Shown piece by piece: positions 9,750 to 21,209 of a stretch of DNA of 64,000 nucleotides (within the stretch, counting starts at the first letter, position 1; every line of letters begins with the position of its first letter). Source of the stretch: Candidatus Latescibacterota bacterium (GTDB lineage Bacteria; Latescibacterota; UBA2968; UBA8231). The DNA is taken from contig CBDAOB010000005.1 of assembly GCA_965197905.1 (NCBI GenBank), forward strand, positions 1,664,001-1,728,000, read 5' to 3'. Position numbers and translations under genes: made by a program. Under the pieces are notes generated by a model. That model was given only the letters and a program-made list of their open reading frames with translations. It did not search any database and was not told the origin of the DNA.

Positions 9750-12700
9750 CCGAACAGTTCGTTACACGCAAACAGCTGGACATGAACGATCTGCACGCTC
9801 GCCTCGCGCAGGGTGGCGGCAAGGAGTACTGGCGCAGCCTGGATGAGTTGGCTGAAACCGAGGAATTCGAGGAACTGCTCCACAGGGAGTTTCCGGAGAG
9901 CGCTTCGGAGTGGGCTGACGGTGTGAGTCGGCGCAATTTTCTCAAGCTCATGGGTGCATCGCTGGCATTTGGCGGCCTCACGAACTGTACGATCCAACCC
10001 GAAGAGAAGATCGTTCCATGGGTGAGGGCACCGGAGAACCTGATTCCCGGCAAGCCTCTATTCTACGCCACTGCCGTGCCTCTGAGCGGCGTCGGCACCG
10101 GCATCCTGGTGGAGAGCCACATGGGGCGGCCGACGAAGATAGAAGGAAACCCCGGGCATCCCGCCAGTCTGGGCGGCACTGACGCCATTACCCAGGCTTC
10201 TATCCTCGACTTGTACGATCCCGACCGCGCCACCGCGGTCAAGAACGCGGGTCGGATAAGCACGTGGAGCAGCTTCCTGCTGAGTCTCGACAAGGAACTC
10301 GCCCTCCAGCGGTTGAAGAATGGCGCAGGACTGAGAATCCTCACCGAAACAGTAGGCTCACCCAGTCTCGGACAGCAGCTGGGCTTCTTCCTGGAGGAGT
10401 TCCCGGAGGCTCACTGGCATCAGTACGAGCCTGCCAACCGAGACAATGTCCGCATCGGTGCGGCGCTGGCTTTCGGTGAGCCCGTCAATACCTATTTCGA
10501 TATCGCCAAGGCAGATGTCATTCTATCTCTGGACGCCGATTTCCTTTACAGCGGCCCCGGAAGTGTGCGCTATGCCCGCGATTTCGCATCGCGGCGCCGG
10601 CTTCATGGTGGGGGGAAGCAGGAGTTCAATCGGCTTTACGTCGTCGAGACGTCCCCTTCTTCGACCGGAAGTATGGCCGATCACCGGGTGGCTCTGGACA
10701 GCGGCTCCATCGAGGCCTTCGCTTTGGCTTTGGCCGGCCAGTTGGGAGTGAAATTCCGCGCCGACGGAGAGATCCCACCCTTCAACGACCCCACGGGGTG
10801 GCTTGCGCCGCTGGCCCGGGATCTACGAAATGCAGGCAGTTCCGGCCTCGTAGTCGCCGGCGCCTACCAGTCTCCCACCCTTCACGCTCTGGCACATGCC
10901 ATCAACGATGCCCTCGGCAACGTTGGCACTACGGTCCATTACACAGATCCTCTAGAAGTGGAACCCGTGGACGAATCCGAATCCCTCCGGGAACTGGTGA
11001 CGTCCATGAAGGCAGATGAGGTCGAAGTTCTCATCATCGTCGGCGGCAATCCGGTCTTCAACGCTCCGGCCGACCTCGACTTTGCAGAAGCCTTAGGCCA
11101 TGTGGGGTTCCGGGCGCAGTTGAGTCCGTTCGAGGACGAGACCTCCGCGTTGTGCCACTGGCACGTTCCCGAGTCTCACTACCTCGAATCGTGGAGTGAT
11201 ATCAGGTCGCATGACGGTACCGCCGCGATAGTGCAGCCGCTGATCCAGCCCCTCTACAACAGCAAGTCCGCTCACGAGTTGGTGGGGGCCATGATCGGAC
11301 AACCCGGGCTTGTGGTCAGAGACTTGCTTAGGGAGTTCTGGCAGCAGGAGACCTTCGCCCCGGATTTCGAGGAGTTCTGGGTCCGGGCCCTCCACGATGG
11401 CGTACTTGCCGATATGGCTTTCTACCCACGCCGTGTGAGCTTGCGCACGATCAAGATCGCGACGGGATTCGCTACCCCCATCGGCGAGGAGCAGATGGAA
11501 CTTGCACTGCGCCCCGACCCCCTCGTCTGGGATGGCCGCTTCGTCAACAACGGCTGGCTCCAGGAGACTCCCAAACCGGTGACTGAGTTGACCTGGGATA
11601 ACGCCGCTCTGATGAGCCCGAAAACGGCCCAGAGACTGGGCGTGAAGAACGAGCAGGTGGTCGAACTGAGTCACGGCGGTCGATCCGTAAGAGCGCCGGT
11701 GTGGATCGTACCAGGTCAGGCTCGTGATGTCGTAACCGTTCACCTCGGATACGGTCGCCGCCAGTCAGGTCGGGTGGGCAAAGGCACCGGATTCAATGCC
11801 TATGCGGTGCGGACCTCCTCTAGTATGTGGGGAACAACAGGTCTGAAGGTCATCAAGTCCTTCGATCGGCATGCCCTCGCCTGCACCCAGGACCACCAGC
11901 TCATGGAAGGGCGACACCTGGTCAGGCACGCCGACCTGGAGCACTACAGGCATCATCCCGATTTTGCGCAGCACGAGGGCCATGTGCCCCCCGCCTCTCT
12001 CACGCTCTTCAACAACGATGAATTCCAGTCCAGCACCGGCAACTCCTGGGGCATGGCCATCGATCTCAACGCCTGCATCGGCTGTAACGCCTGTGCCGTC
12101 GCCTGCCAAGCGGAGAACAACATTCCCATAGTGGGCAAGGACGAGGTCCTCAATGGCAGGGAGATGTCGTGGATCCGCATTGATCGATACTACGCGGGGG
12201 ATCTGGACGATCCTGAGATTCTCCACCAGCCTATTCCATGCCAGCAATGTGAGAACGCTCCCTGTGAGCTGGTCTGTCCGGTCGGGGCCACTGTGCACAG
12301 CGAAGAAGGCCTTAACGACATGGTCTACAATCGGTGCGTCGGAACTCGCTATTGCTCCAACAACTGCCCCTACAAGGTGAGGCGTTTCAATTACTTGCAA
12401 TACGCGGATCGAGATACTCCCAGTCTCAAACCCCAGCGCAACCCCGACGTAACAGTCCGGTCTCGGGGGGTCATGGAGAAATGCACCTACTGCACCCAGC
12501 GCATCAATGCCGCCCGCATCGTCGCGAAGAAACGTGGTGCCCCGATACAGGATGGGGAAATCCAGACCGCGTGCCAGCAGGTGTGTCCTACCGAGGCTAT
12601 TGTCTTCGGTAACATCCAGGATGAAAACAGTCGCGTGTCCAAATGGAAGGACTCGTCGCTGAACTACAGTATCCTCCCCGATTTGAACACGAGGCCGCGC

Positions 12701-12751
12701 ACGACCTACCTCGCCAGAGTCAAGAACCCCAACCCCGAGATCAAGGGATAG
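9746..12751 (+). CDS. actB: Alternative complex III subunit B (molybdopterin-oxidoreductase-like domain plus Fe-S domain)
   Basis: YWRSLDEL, Tat motif SRRNFLKLMGASLA, GRPTKIEGNP, and C-terminal CIGCNAC, CQQCENAPC, CVGTRYC and EKCTYC clusters. ATG overlaps the actA stop. Confidence 0.95.
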   Translation: MTEQFVTRKQLDMNDLHARLAQGGGKEYWRSLDELAETEEFEELLHREFPESASEWADGVSRRNFLKLMGASLAFGGLTNCTIQPEEKIVPWVRAPENLIPGKPLFYATAVPLSGVGTGILVESHMGRPTKIEGNPGHPASLGGTDAITQASILDLYDPDRATAVKNAGRISTWSSFLLSLDKELALQRLKNGAGLRILTETVGSPSLGQQLGFFLEEFPEAHWHQYEPANRDNVRIGAALAFGEPVNTYFDIAKADVILSLDADFLYSGPGSVRYARDFASRRRLHGGGKQEFNRLYVVETSPSSTGSMADHRVALDSGSIEAFALALAGQLGVKFRADGEIPPFNDPTGWLAPLARDLRNAGSSGLVVAGAYQSPTLHALAHAINDALGNVGTTVHYTDPLEVEPVDESESLRELVTSMKADEVEVLIIVGGNPVFNAPADLDFAEALGHVGFRAQLSPFEDETSALCHWHVPESHYLESWSDIRSHDGTAAIVQPLIQPLYNSKSAHELVGAMIGQPGLVVRDLLREFWQQETFAPDFEEFWVRALHDGVLADMAFYPRRVSLRTIKIATGFATPIGEEQMELALRPDPLVWDGRFVNNGWLQETPKPVTELTWDNAALMSPKTAQRLGVKNEQVVELSHGGRSVRAPVWIVPGQARDVVTVHLGYGRRQSGRVGKGTGFNAYAVRTSSSMWGTTGLKVIKSFDRHALACTQDHQLMEGRHLVRHADLEHYRHHPDFAQHEGHVPPASLTLFNNDEFQSSTGNSWGMAIDLNACIGCNACAVACQAENNIPIVGKDEVLNGREMSWIRIDRYYAGDLDDPEILHQPIPCQQCENAPCELVCPVGATVHSEEGLNDMVYNRCVGTRYCSNNCPYKVRRFNYLQYADRDTPSLKPQRNPDVTVRSRGVMEKCTYCTQRINAARIVAKKRGAPIQDGEIQTACQQVCPTEAIVFGNIQDENSRVSKWKDSSLNYSILPDLNTRPRTTYLARVKNPNPEIKG

Positions 12752-12761
12752 CCTCTGCACC

Positions 12762-14147
12762 ATGTCACAGCCGGCCAGGTCGACGCGACAGCAGTACACA
12801 CCGCCTCCTTCCGAGTTGGGTCCGGGTCAGACGTCGCACACGTCGATAACGGAAACGATCAGCGCTGTAGTTCTGACGCCACACACACCTATACAATGGT
12901 TCATCGTAGTCTTCGTGGGTCTGATGGGTGTGGGTCTCCTGCAGCTGGCCATCGGCTACCTGTTGTACGAGGGAATCGGCATCTGGGGTCTGAACGTCCC
13001 CGTCGGCTGGGGTTTCGCCATCGTCCACTTCGTCTGGTGGATAGGAATCGGCCACGCGGGCACGCTCATTTCCGCCATTCTTTTGCTCTTTCGCCAGAAG
13101 TGGCGCACCTCGATCAACCGCTCGGCCGAAGCCATGACCATCTTCGCCGTCATGTGCGCTGGCATGTTCCCCATAATCCATACCGGGCGCCCCTGGCTAG
13201 CCATATACTGGTTGTTTCCGTACCCCAATTCCATGGATATTTGGCCCCAGTTCCGCTCTCCCCTGATCTGGGATGTCTTTGCGGTGAGTACCTACTTCAC
13301 CGTGTCGCTCGTCTTCTGGTATATGGGGATGGTTCCCGATATTGCGAGTTTTCGCGATCGAGCCAGATCGCCGATCCTCAAGCGCATCTACGGGTTTGTG
13401 GCCATGGGCTGGCGCGGATCGGCGATCCATTGGGAGCGGTACGAGATGGCATCCCTCATGTTGGCCGGCCTTGCCACCCCGTTGGTCCTGTCCGTACACA
13501 GCGTCATCAGTCTGGACTTCGCCGTCTCCATCATACCCGGGTGGCACACCACGATATTTCCTCCCTATTTCGTTGCTGGCGCTATCTACGCCGGATTTGC
13601 CATGGTGCTCATTCTGGTGATTCCTCTGAGGCGCCTCTACGGATTGCAGGATTTCATCACTGTGCGGCACCTGGAGAATATGGGCAAGGTGATGCTCACT
13701 GCCGGGCTCATCGTCGCTTACGGCTACTTCATGGAGCAGTTGATAGCCTGGTACAGCGCCAGCCTTTATGAATCGTTCATGATGTACAATCGGATGTTCG
13801 GCCCCTATGGCGGCTACTACTGGTGGCTCATAATCTGTAACATCCTCATCCCCCAGGCGCTCTGGTCCAAGAGGGTGCGACAGAACACCATCTGGCTCTT
13901 CCTCATTTCCGTGGTTATTAGCGTGGGCATGTGGCTGGAGCGATTCGTCATCGTCATTACCAGTCTGCACCGAGACTACATGCCCTCTTCCTGGGACATG
14001 TTTTACCCCACCTTCTGGGATTGGGCCACCTACGCGGGAACCATCGGCTTCTTCCTCCTCGCCTTCTTTCTGTTCGTGCGAGGTCTGCCGTTGATCGCCG
14101 CCCACGAAATTCGAACCCTTCTCCCGTTCGGGAACAAGGGGAAATAA
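12762..14147 (+). CDS. actC: Alternative complex III subunit C (NrfD family)
   Basis: FVWWIGIGHAGTLISAIL, INRSAEAMT, HTGRPW, SPLIWDVFAVSTY, PGWHTTIFPPYFVAGA. Confidence 0.95.
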   Translation: MSQPARSTRQQYTPPPSELGPGQTSHTSITETISAVVLTPHTPIQWFIVVFVGLMGVGLLQLAIGYLLYEGIGIWGLNVPVGWGFAIVHFVWWIGIGHAGTLISAILLLFRQKWRTSINRSAEAMTIFAVMCAGMFPIIHTGRPWLAIYWLFPYPNSMDIWPQFRSPLIWDVFAVSTYFTVSLVFWYMGMVPDIASFRDRARSPILKRIYGFVAMGWRGSAIHWERYEMASLMLAGLATPLVLSVHSVISLDFAVSIIPGWHTTIFPPYFVAGAIYAGFAMVLILVIPLRRLYGLQDFITVRHLENMGKVMLTAGLIVAYGYFMEQLIAWYSASLYESFMMYNRMFGPYGGYYWWLIICNILIPQALWSKRVRQNTIWLFLISVVISVGMWLERFVIVITSLHRDYMPSSWDMFYPTFWDWATYAGTIGFFLLAFFLFVRGLPLIAAHEIRTLLPFGNKGK

Positions 14148-14175
14148 CGGGGTCGTCGAACCTGCTCCGATTGTT

Positions 14176-14718
14176 ATGAACCAGACTGGATCCGACATCT
14201 ACGGCCTCATGGCCAAGTTCGAGACCCCCGAGGATCTCCTGGAGGCTGCCAAGCGCACCTACTCGGAAGGATACCGAACCATGGATGCCTATGCGCCTTT
14301 GCCCATCCACGGTCTGGCTGCTGCCATCGGATTCCCAAGAACCAATCTGCCCATTCTTACCTTCATCTGCGGTGCGCTAGGCGCGATCGCCGGGTACGCC
14401 TTGCAGTACTGGGTCCACGTTATCGACTTCCCCATGAATATCGGGGGAAGACCCCTGCACAGCGGTGTCATGTTCATCCCCGTCACCTTCGAGCTAACCA
14501 TTCTGTTTGCCGCCTTGGGGACCTTCATTGGCTTGTGGATTCGCAACCGGCTGCCCATGCCTTACCACCCGGTTTTTAATGTGGAAGGTTTCGAGCGCGC
14601 CAGTCAGGACGCCTTCTTCCTGTGCATCGAATCCGGGGATCCCCTCTTCGATACCGACCGCACTGCGTTTTTCTTGCAGGGCTTGAATGCAGAGGAGGTA
14701 TCGACCGTTGACTGGTAG
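14176..14718 (+). CDS. actD: Alternative complex III subunit D (DUF3341)
   Basis: GLMAKFETPEDLL, DAYAPLPIHG, NIGGRP, FIPVTFELTILFAA; position in operon. Confidence 0.9.
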   Translation: MNQTGSDIYGLMAKFETPEDLLEAAKRTYSEGYRTMDAYAPLPIHGLAAAIGFPRTNLPILTFICGALGAIAGYALQYWVHVIDFPMNIGGRPLHSGVMFIPVTFELTILFAALGTFIGLWIRNRLPMPYHPVFNVEGFERASQDAFFLCIESGDPLFDTDRTAFFLQGLNAEEVSTVDW

Positions 14719-14719
14719 C

Positions 14720-15304
14720 ATGCCGACGCGCCATCGAGCGACCATCTCTACCGCACTCGCCTTGACAGGAGCGCTGCTCGTGGGTGGCTGCGAGCTCCGG
14801 CAGGCGATGTACAATCAGCCGAAGTACGAGAGTCTCGAGGCCTCTGATATGTTCGAGGACGGGCTCTCTGCCCGCCAACCTATTGAGGGAACAGTGGCTC
14901 GGGGACAGCTCCGCCTTGACGCCCATCTCTACGAGGGCAAAGTGAACGGCGAGTTGGCAACCACCCTGCCTCTGGAGCTAACAGAGGAACTCCTCGCCCG
15001 GGGCAGACAGCGGTACGAGATATTCTGCTCGCCCTGCCATGACCGCACGGGCACCGGCAACGGATTGATCGTGAAGCGGGGGCTCAAGCAACCTCCCTCA
15101 TACCACATGGACCGTCTTAGAGAGGTACCTGTCGGACACTTCTTCGACGTCATGACCAACGGCTTCGGTGCGATGTACAGCTTTGCCGCTAGAATTCCCG
15201 TCAGGGACCGGTGGGCTATTGCTGCGTACGTACGCACTCTCCAGTTCAGCCAGGGCGCCCAGTTCGACGAACTGCCCCCAGAGGATCAGAGACAGCTGCA
15301 ATGA
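14720..15304 (+). CDS. actE: Alternative complex III monoheme cytochrome c lipoprotein
   Basis: Lipobox LLVGGC, MYNQPKY, CSPCH, and DRWAIAAYVRTLQ. Confidence 0.92.
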   Translation: MPTRHRATISTALALTGALLVGGCELRQAMYNQPKYESLEASDMFEDGLSARQPIEGTVARGQLRLDAHLYEGKVNGELATTLPLELTEELLARGRQRYEIFCSPCHDRTGTGNGLIVKRGLKQPPSYHMDRLREVPVGHFFDVMTNGFGAMYSFAARIPVRDRWAIAAYVRTLQFSQGAQFDELPPEDQRQLQ

Positions 15305-16509
15305 ACGAGGAGATCATTCGTCAGTCGGAGGCTCTGAAACCGCTGTTCGACACCACGAGGAAGAAAGCCCTCGTCATCGGCGTCGTGGCTGCCGCCTTCT
15401 CGATCTGGGGGTTATACCTCGAACACGACCAGTTTTTCCGATCCTACCTGCTGGCGTTCATCTACTGGGTGAGCCTGACTCTGGGCAGTCTCCTGCTCCT
15501 CATGGTCCACCACCTGGTGGGAGGAAGATGGGGATTCGCGACTCGTCGCCTCATGGAGGGCGGTACGCGGACGATGCTACTCATGTTCGTACTGGGCATC
15601 CCAGTCCTCTTGGGTATCCACGAGCTTTATGAGTGGAGTCACGAAGACGTCGTGGCCAGCGACGAGATCCTCCAGAAAAAGGCCGTGTTTCTGAATCCGA
15701 CCTTCTTCGTGATCCGCTACGTTATCTACTTTCTGATATGGGGCGCCATGGCTGTTCGCCTCAACAGGTGGACAGCCGAGCAAGACTCCACGACAGATAC
15801 CTCCCCAACGCGGAGAATGCAGGTCCTCAGCGGACCGGGCGTGTGTGTGTTCGTCCTCGTCGCTACCTTCGCGTCCATCGACTGGATCATGTCCCTGGAA
15901 CCTCACTGGTTCTCCACCATCTACGCAGCTATCTACATCATCGGACAAATGCTCTTGACGTGGGCGTTCATGACCATTGTGTCGGTGCAACTGTCGCGAT
16001 ACCAACCCTTGAGTGCGTTACTGACCAACGAGCGCTTGAGAGATTTGGGCACTTTCATGCTCGCCTTCGTTATGCTCTGGGCCTACACTTCCCTCTCCCA
16101 GCTGCTGATCATCTGGTCCGGCAACCTGCCCGAGGAAATCACCTGGTACTACACCCGTCTCAAGGGCGGCTGGCAACACGTGGGGTATCTGCTGGTGTTT
16201 TTTCATTTCGGCCTGCCATTTGTTCTGCTGGTCTCCAGCCGACTCAAAGCGCGAATCCCGATCCTGGTCTCCATTGCAGGAGGTCTAATGGTCATGCGGC
16301 TAGTGGACCTCTTCTGGATCACCGCCCCTGCTTTCGGCCAAGCTGGGTTAACCATCCACTGGCTGGACGTGACGCTGCCTATCGCCATGGGTGGCCTCTG
16401 GGTGTTCGTCTTTTACGGGCAACTGAGCAAGCGATCCCTCGTCCCCCTGAATGATCCGCGCTTCGATTTCGCGGCTCTGGCCGCCGCCGGAGAGGAAGCC
16501 CATGACTGA
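15301..16509 (+). CDS. actF: Alternative complex III subunit F
   Basis: Polytopic membrane protein; DWIMSLEPHWFSTIY, SQLLIIWSGNLPEEITWY. Confidence 0.92.
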   Translation: MNEEIIRQSEALKPLFDTTRKKALVIGVVAAAFSIWGLYLEHDQFFRSYLLAFIYWVSLTLGSLLLLMVHHLVGGRWGFATRRLMEGGTRTMLLMFVLGIPVLLGIHELYEWSHEDVVASDEILQKKAVFLNPTFFVIRYVIYFLIWGAMAVRLNRWTAEQDSTTDTSPTRRMQVLSGPGVCVFVLVATFASIDWIMSLEPHWFSTIYAAIYIIGQMLLTWAFMTIVSVQLSRYQPLSALLTNERLRDLGTFMLAFVMLWAYTSLSQLLIIWSGNLPEEITWYYTRLKGGWQHVGYLLVFFHFGLPFVLLVSSRLKARIPILVSIAGGLMVMRLVDLFWITAPAFGQAGLTIHWLDVTLPIAMGGLWVFVFYGQLSKRSLVPLNDPRFDFAALAAAGEEAHD

Positions 16510-16915
16510 GCCGACGGCACAGGGCGGAAACGAAGCTCGTGGATACGAGCAGTCGGATGCGTCGGCCGGCCCGCTGGCAAAGGCGGCTCTTTTCCTGGCG
16601 GTTTCCCTGGTCTGTATCTTCGTCGGGATCATCGTTCTTTTTAAAGTGTTCAACTATGTCCAACCTCGGTTGTTCGATCAGGAGCCGCACCCTATGGCCC
16701 AGACGAGACAGACGGCTACTGGGCCCCGCCTGCAGCTGGATCCTCCGCAGCAAAAGATCGATATGCTGGCCACCGAGAATCAGGTCTTGACTACCTACGA
16801 CTGGGTAGACCGCGAGCAAGGGCTGGTGCGCATTCCCATCGATCGAGCTATAGCTATCCTGGTAAAACAGGGCGAACTGCCGCGGAAAACGGACAGCACG
16901 GAGGTCGAGGAGTAG
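16502..16915 (+). CDS. actG: Alternative complex III subunit G-like
   Basis: Single TM helix, PRLQ and YDWVDREQGLVRIPIDRAI; lies after actF. Confidence 0.8.
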   Translation: MTEPTAQGGNEARGYEQSDASAGPLAKAALFLAVSLVCIFVGIIVLFKVFNYVQPRLFDQEPHPMAQTRQTATGPRLQLDPPQQKIDMLATENQVLTTYDWVDREQGLVRIPIDRAIAILVKQGELPRKTDSTEVEE

Positions 16916-17811
16916 TGATGATCGCCATCGACTACGCCCGATTCAATCTCCTGCATGCACGCGGTGCGGCGGTGTGTCGTAAGACCGCTTGGCGCAGCGC
17001 CCTGAGTGCCGTCGCCGTCGTGGCCATCCTGACGTCAACGGTCCGCGCCCAGCCTCTCGACCTGCAGCTGCTGGACGACATAGGTTTGGATCAGAACCTG
17101 GATGGGCAGATACCTCTCGAACTCACGTTTATCGATGAGAAGGGCCGCACCGTTGCTCTTGGAGACCTACTGGGCGACAAGCCGGTGCTGCTGAGCTTTG
17201 TGTACTACGAGTGCCCCATGCTGTGCACCCAGATTCTCAACGGGCTGACGAAAAGTTTGCGGGTGCTCTCCTTCGATGTGGGGAAGGAGTTCGATGTTAT
17301 CACCGTCAGCATTGACCCCGGTGAGACACCGAGCCTCGCTGCGGCGAAGAAGCAGGAGTACGTGAAGTGGTACGGCCGGTCCAGCGCAGAACGCGGGTGG
17401 CACTTTCTCACTGGGCGCCAGGATCAGATCGAGCTACTGACACAGGCCGCAGGATTCCGTTATCAGTACGACCCGGAAACCGATCTGTACCGTCACGCCA
17501 GCGGCATCATGGTACTTACCCCCGAGGGAAAGCTCGCCCGTTACTTCTATGGGATCGACTACGCTCCCAAGGACGTCCGACTTGGCCTCATCGAGGCATC
17601 GCAGAACAAGATCGGCTCTCCGGTGGACCAGTTACTCTTGTTCTGCTATAAGTACGACCCGTCAACCGGAAAGTACGGTCTGGTAATAATGAACTCCGTG
17701 CGCATCGCCGGCGCGCTGACGGTGGTGACCATAGGGGCGTTCGTAGTCCTCATGTTGCGCCGGGAACGCCGCGCGAGATTGACGCACGGGACCGCCGGCG
17801 CCCCTGCATAG
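16915..17811 (+). CDS. sco: SCO family copper chaperone
   Basis: YYECPMLC (CxxxC), WHFLTG, conserved His in YRHASG, CYKYDP, C-terminal TM helix. Confidence 0.92.
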   Translation: MMIAIDYARFNLLHARGAAVCRKTAWRSALSAVAVVAILTSTVRAQPLDLQLLDDIGLDQNLDGQIPLELTFIDEKGRTVALGDLLGDKPVLLSFVYYECPMLCTQILNGLTKSLRVLSFDVGKEFDVITVSIDPGETPSLAAAKKQEYVKWYGRSSAERGWHFLTGRQDQIELLTQAAGFRYQYDPETDLYRHASGIMVLTPEGKLARYFYGIDYAPKDVRLGLIEASQNKIGSPVDQLLLFCYKYDPSTGKYGLVIMNSVRIAGALTVVTIGAFVVLMLRRERRARLTHGTAGAPA

Positions 17812-17871
17812 GTAACCCGACTAGTCTGTGCCGCCGAGGTGACGACGAATCGTGAAATGGGCTGACTGAAT

Positions 17872-18807
17872 ATGTCCGACAACTTTAAACTGTTTCCGGA
17901 GCAAGCCTCCACTTTTGCACTACAGGTGGACGGCCTCTATTTCCTGTTGCTCTTCCTGGGTGTGTTTTTCGCGGTAGGTGTAGTCTTCTTCCTCATCCTG
18001 TTTGCGGTCAAATACCGGCGGCGATCCGAGGACGAGCGCCCTGTGCCGATCGAAGGCTCCATGCCGCTCGAATTGACCTGGAGTATCATTCCTCTCGTTC
18101 TCTCGCTTGTTGTTTTTGCCCTCGGTGCGGGAATCTTTTTCAGGATGTACAATCCCCCTGCGAATGCGATTGATATCTACGTCGTGGGCAAGCAATGGAT
18201 GTGGAAGGTCCAGCACCCTCAGGGCAAGCGCGAGATCAATGAGTTGCACGTCCCGGTAAACCAGCCAGTGCGGCTCACGTTGGCCTCAGAGGACGTGATT
18301 CACGCCTTCTTCGTTCCAGCCTTCCGCGTTAAGAGAGACGTTGTCCCGGGGCGATATAACACCATGTGGTTCGAAGCTACCAAGGTGGGAGAGTATCACC
18401 TATTCTGCGCCGAATACTGCGGCACTCAGCATTCCGGTATGATCGGACGCATCGTCGTCATGGAGCAGGAGGAGTTTCAAAACTGGCTGAGCGGCGGAGC
18501 TACGGGCGAAACGATGGTAGAAGCGGGCGCGCGCCAGTTCCAACAATTGGGTTGTGACACGTGCCACAAAGAGTCCGACCAGGGCCGCGGCCCGAAATTG
18601 ACAGGAGTTTTTGGGAAGCCGGTGCAGATCACTACCGGCGAAACAGTGATCGCAGACAAGGATTATCTGCGAAGCTCGATCCTGGACCCCGGCGGCCAAA
18701 TCGTCGGCGGATACAAACCTATCATGCCCACCTTTCAGGGGCAGATCAGTGAGGAAACGCTGATGCAGATCATCAGTTACATCGAATCCTTGAGTGACTC
18801 CGAGTAG
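17872..18807 (+). CDS. ctaC: Cytochrome c oxidase subunit II with fused cytochrome c (caa3 type)
   Basis: DVIHAF, CuA motif CAEYCGTQHSGM, C-terminal CDTCH...MP. Confidence 0.96.
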   Translation: MSDNFKLFPEQASTFALQVDGLYFLLLFLGVFFAVGVVFFLILFAVKYRRRSEDERPVPIEGSMPLELTWSIIPLVLSLVVFALGAGIFFRMYNPPANAIDIYVVGKQWMWKVQHPQGKREINELHVPVNQPVRLTLASEDVIHAFFVPAFRVKRDVVPGRYNTMWFEATKVGEYHLFCAEYCGTQHSGMIGRIVVMEQEEFQNWLSGGATGETMVEAGARQFQQLGCDTCHKESDQGRGPKLTGVFGKPVQITTGETVIADKDYLRSSILDPGGQIVGGYKPIMPTFQGQISEETLMQIISYIESLSDSE

Positions 18808-18831
18808 GGCCGGTCGGAAAGCAGGCAACGG

Positions 18832-20547
18832 GTGACAACGGACACAAAGGTCGAAACGAACACAACGGCCAATCAAAGCAACGGCGGGGACGTGAATTAT
18901 CTGAACGTTCGCTACGGCATCAAGTCCTGGCTGCTGACCCTCGATCACAAGCGCATCGGCATTCTGTACTTGGTCACGACCACCGCGTTCTTCATGGTCG
19001 GCGGTGTATTCGCGACGCTGATTCGACTCGAGTTGCTGACCCCAGGCGGCGATCTGGTTGAAGCCGACACGTATAACAAGCTGTTCACGATGCACGGCGT
19101 GGCAATGATCTTCTTCTTTCTCATTCCCTCCGTGCCGGCTGTACTGGGAAACTTCGTCTTGCCGATCCAGATAGGCGCTAAGGATGTGGCATTCCCCAGG
19201 CTCAACCTTCTGAGCTGGTACTGCTTCATGGCCGGCGGCACCCTGGCAACAGTGGCGATCGTCATGGGCGGCATCGACACGGGATGGACCTTCTATACAC
19301 CTTACAGCAGCACCTACTCAAGCTACTACGTGGCGCTAGCCCTTACCGGCGTATTCATCAACGGCTTCTCATCCATCCTCACCGGTGTGAACTTCCTGAC
19401 CACCGTCCACAAGATGCGGGCACCGGGCATGACATGGTTCCGGCTGCCGCTCTTCATCTGGGCGCAGTACGCCTCCAGCATCATCATGATCCTCGGTACA
19501 CCGGTCGTGGCTATAACACTCTTGCTCGTGGCCTTGGAGAATCTGTTCCGAATCGGAATTTTCGATCCTGCCCTCGGTGGGGACCCGATCCTGTTCCAGC
19601 ACATGTTCTGGTTCTACTCGCACCCGGCGGTGTACATCATGATCGTGCCCGGTTTCGGTGTGATCAGCGAGGTGATTGCCTGTTTCGCCCGCAAACGCAT
19701 TTTCGGATACTCTTTTGTCGCTTTTTCCAGCCTCGCTATTGCCGTGCTCGGCTTCTTAGTGTGGGGGCACCACATGTTCACGACCGGCCAGTCGATGTAC
19801 GCCGGAATGGTCTTCTCCTTTATCTCCTTTCTCGTTGGTGTCCCAACCGCGGTCAAGATCTTCAACTGGACCGCCACCCTTTACAAGGGGTCGATCTCCC
19901 TGGAGACACCGATGTACTACGCTCTGGGGTTCATAGGCCTGTTCATCATGGGGGGTATCACTGGCCTATTCCTGTCCACCATCGCCGTGGACATCCATCT
20001 CCACGACACCTATTTCGTCGTCGCTCACTTTCACTTTGTCATGGTGGGAGGGATGGTGATGGCGTACCTGGCGGGAATCCACTTCTGGTGGCCGAAGATA
20101 ACCGGGCGGGTGTACTCCGAAGGATGGGCTAAGGCCAGTGCTCTTCTGATCTTCTTCGGATTCACCCTCACCTTCTTCCCCCAGTTCGTTCTCGGCTATC
20201 TGGGCATGCCGCGAAGATATCACGTATACCCGGAGGAATTCCAGATCCTGAACGTCATGTCCACCGCAGGTGCTTCCATCCTTGCCGCAGGCTACGGAAT
20301 CCTTTTTGTCTACCTCTTTGTTTCCTTGTGGACCGGGCGCAAAGCTGGACCGAACCCCTGGCGAGCCAAGGGGCTGGAGTGGGAGATACCCTCCCCACCC
20401 GGTCCTCACAACTTCGATGCTACACCGATAGTAACGCAGGAAGCCTACGCCTACGAGGAAGAGGATGTCATTTTAATCACAACCGATGCGGGGGTCCGGG
20501 AGGTTCCGGCAAGAAGAAAAACGCCTAGAAGAAGGCAAGATAGATGA
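18832..20547 (+). CDS. ctaD: Cytochrome c oxidase subunit I, A2 type
   Basis: [20 protein letters not shown] (YS motif, A2), [21 protein letters not shown]. Confidence 0.97.
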   Translation: MTTDTKVETNTTANQSNGGDVNYLNVRYGIKSWLLTLDHKRIGILYLVTTTAFFMVGGVFATLIRLELLTPGGDLVEADTYNKLFTMHGVAMIFFFLIPSVPAVLGNFVLPIQIGAKDVAFPRLNLLSWYCFMAGGTLATVAIVMGGIDTGWTFYTPYSSTYSSYYVALALTGVFINGFSSILTGVNFLTTVHKMRAPGMTWFRLPLFIWAQYASSIIMILGTPVVAITLLLVALENLFRIGIFDPALGGDPILFQHMFWFYSHPAVYIMIVPGFGVISEVIACFARKRIFGYSFVAFSSLAIAVLGFLVWGHHMFTTGQSMYAGMVFSFISFLVGVPTAVKIFNWTATLYKGSISLETPMYYALGFIGLFIMGGITGLFLSTIAVDIHLHDTYFVVAHFHFVMVGGMVMAYLAGIHFWWPKITGRVYSEGWAKASALLIFFGFTLTFFPQFVLGYLGMPRRYHVYPEEFQILNVMSTAGASILAAGYGILFVYLFVSLWTGRKAGPNPWRAKGLEWEIPSPPGPHNFDATPIVTQEAYAYEEEDVILITTDAGVREVPARRKTPRRRQDR

Positions 20548-21209
20548 GTTCGCACGCCCATCCTGTAGCGCTGAATCACCAGTTCGAGGATCTGCAGCAG
20601 CAGAACGCAGCCGCCAACATGGGAATGTGGGCGTTTATCGCCCAGGAAATCATGTTTTTCGGCGGGCTCTTCGGCGCCTACACCGTATACCGCTACAAGT
20701 ATCTGGCGGCGTTCACCGAGGGCAGCAACCACCTCTCCATCGAGTGGGGGGCACTCAACACAGCGGTTTTGATCGCCAGCAGTTTTACCATGGCCATGGC
20801 CGTCCGAGCCGCCCAGCAGGGAATGAAGAACGGACTCCTCGGGTGGATTCTGGCCACCATGGCCCTGGGAACGACCTTCCTGGTCGTCAAGTACATCGAG
20901 TACTCCCACAAGTATCACGAAGGCCTGATTCCCGGAGCTTCCTTCTCCTACGACAGTCCGATGGCCGGACAGCTGAAGATCTTCTTCTCCTTTTACTTCG
21001 CCATGACGGGGATGCACGCCCTGCACATGATCATCGGGCTTGGAATCATGATCTGGCTGATTCCGCGAATTCGCCGCGGCACCTATACACATGAGTATTT
21101 CTCCCCGATCGAGAACTTCGGCCTCTACTGGCACTTCGTCGACATCGTTTGGATCTTCCTGTTTCCTCTGCTCTACCTGATCGGACGGGACCCATGGATA
21201 GTCATGTAG
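20544..21209 (+). CDS. ctaE: Cytochrome c oxidase subunit III
   Basis: [35 protein letters not shown]. Confidence 0.95.
   Translation: MSSHAHPVALNHQFEDLQQQNAAANMGMWAFIAQEIMFFGGLFGAYTVYRYKYLAAFTEGSNHLSIEWGALNTAVLIASSFTMAMAVRAAQQGMKNGLLGWILATMALGTTFLVVKYIEYSHKYHEGLIPGASFSYDSPMAGQLKIFFSFYFAMTGMHALHMIIGLGIMIWLIPRIRRGTYTHEYFSPIENFGLYWHFVDIVWIFLFPLLYLIGRDPWIVM

Noticed and set aside
9746..12751. Catalytic molybdoenzyme (for example nitrate or polysulfide reductase)
   Set aside because: Context and motifs identify ActB, whose molybdopterin-like domain is known not to carry the cofactor.
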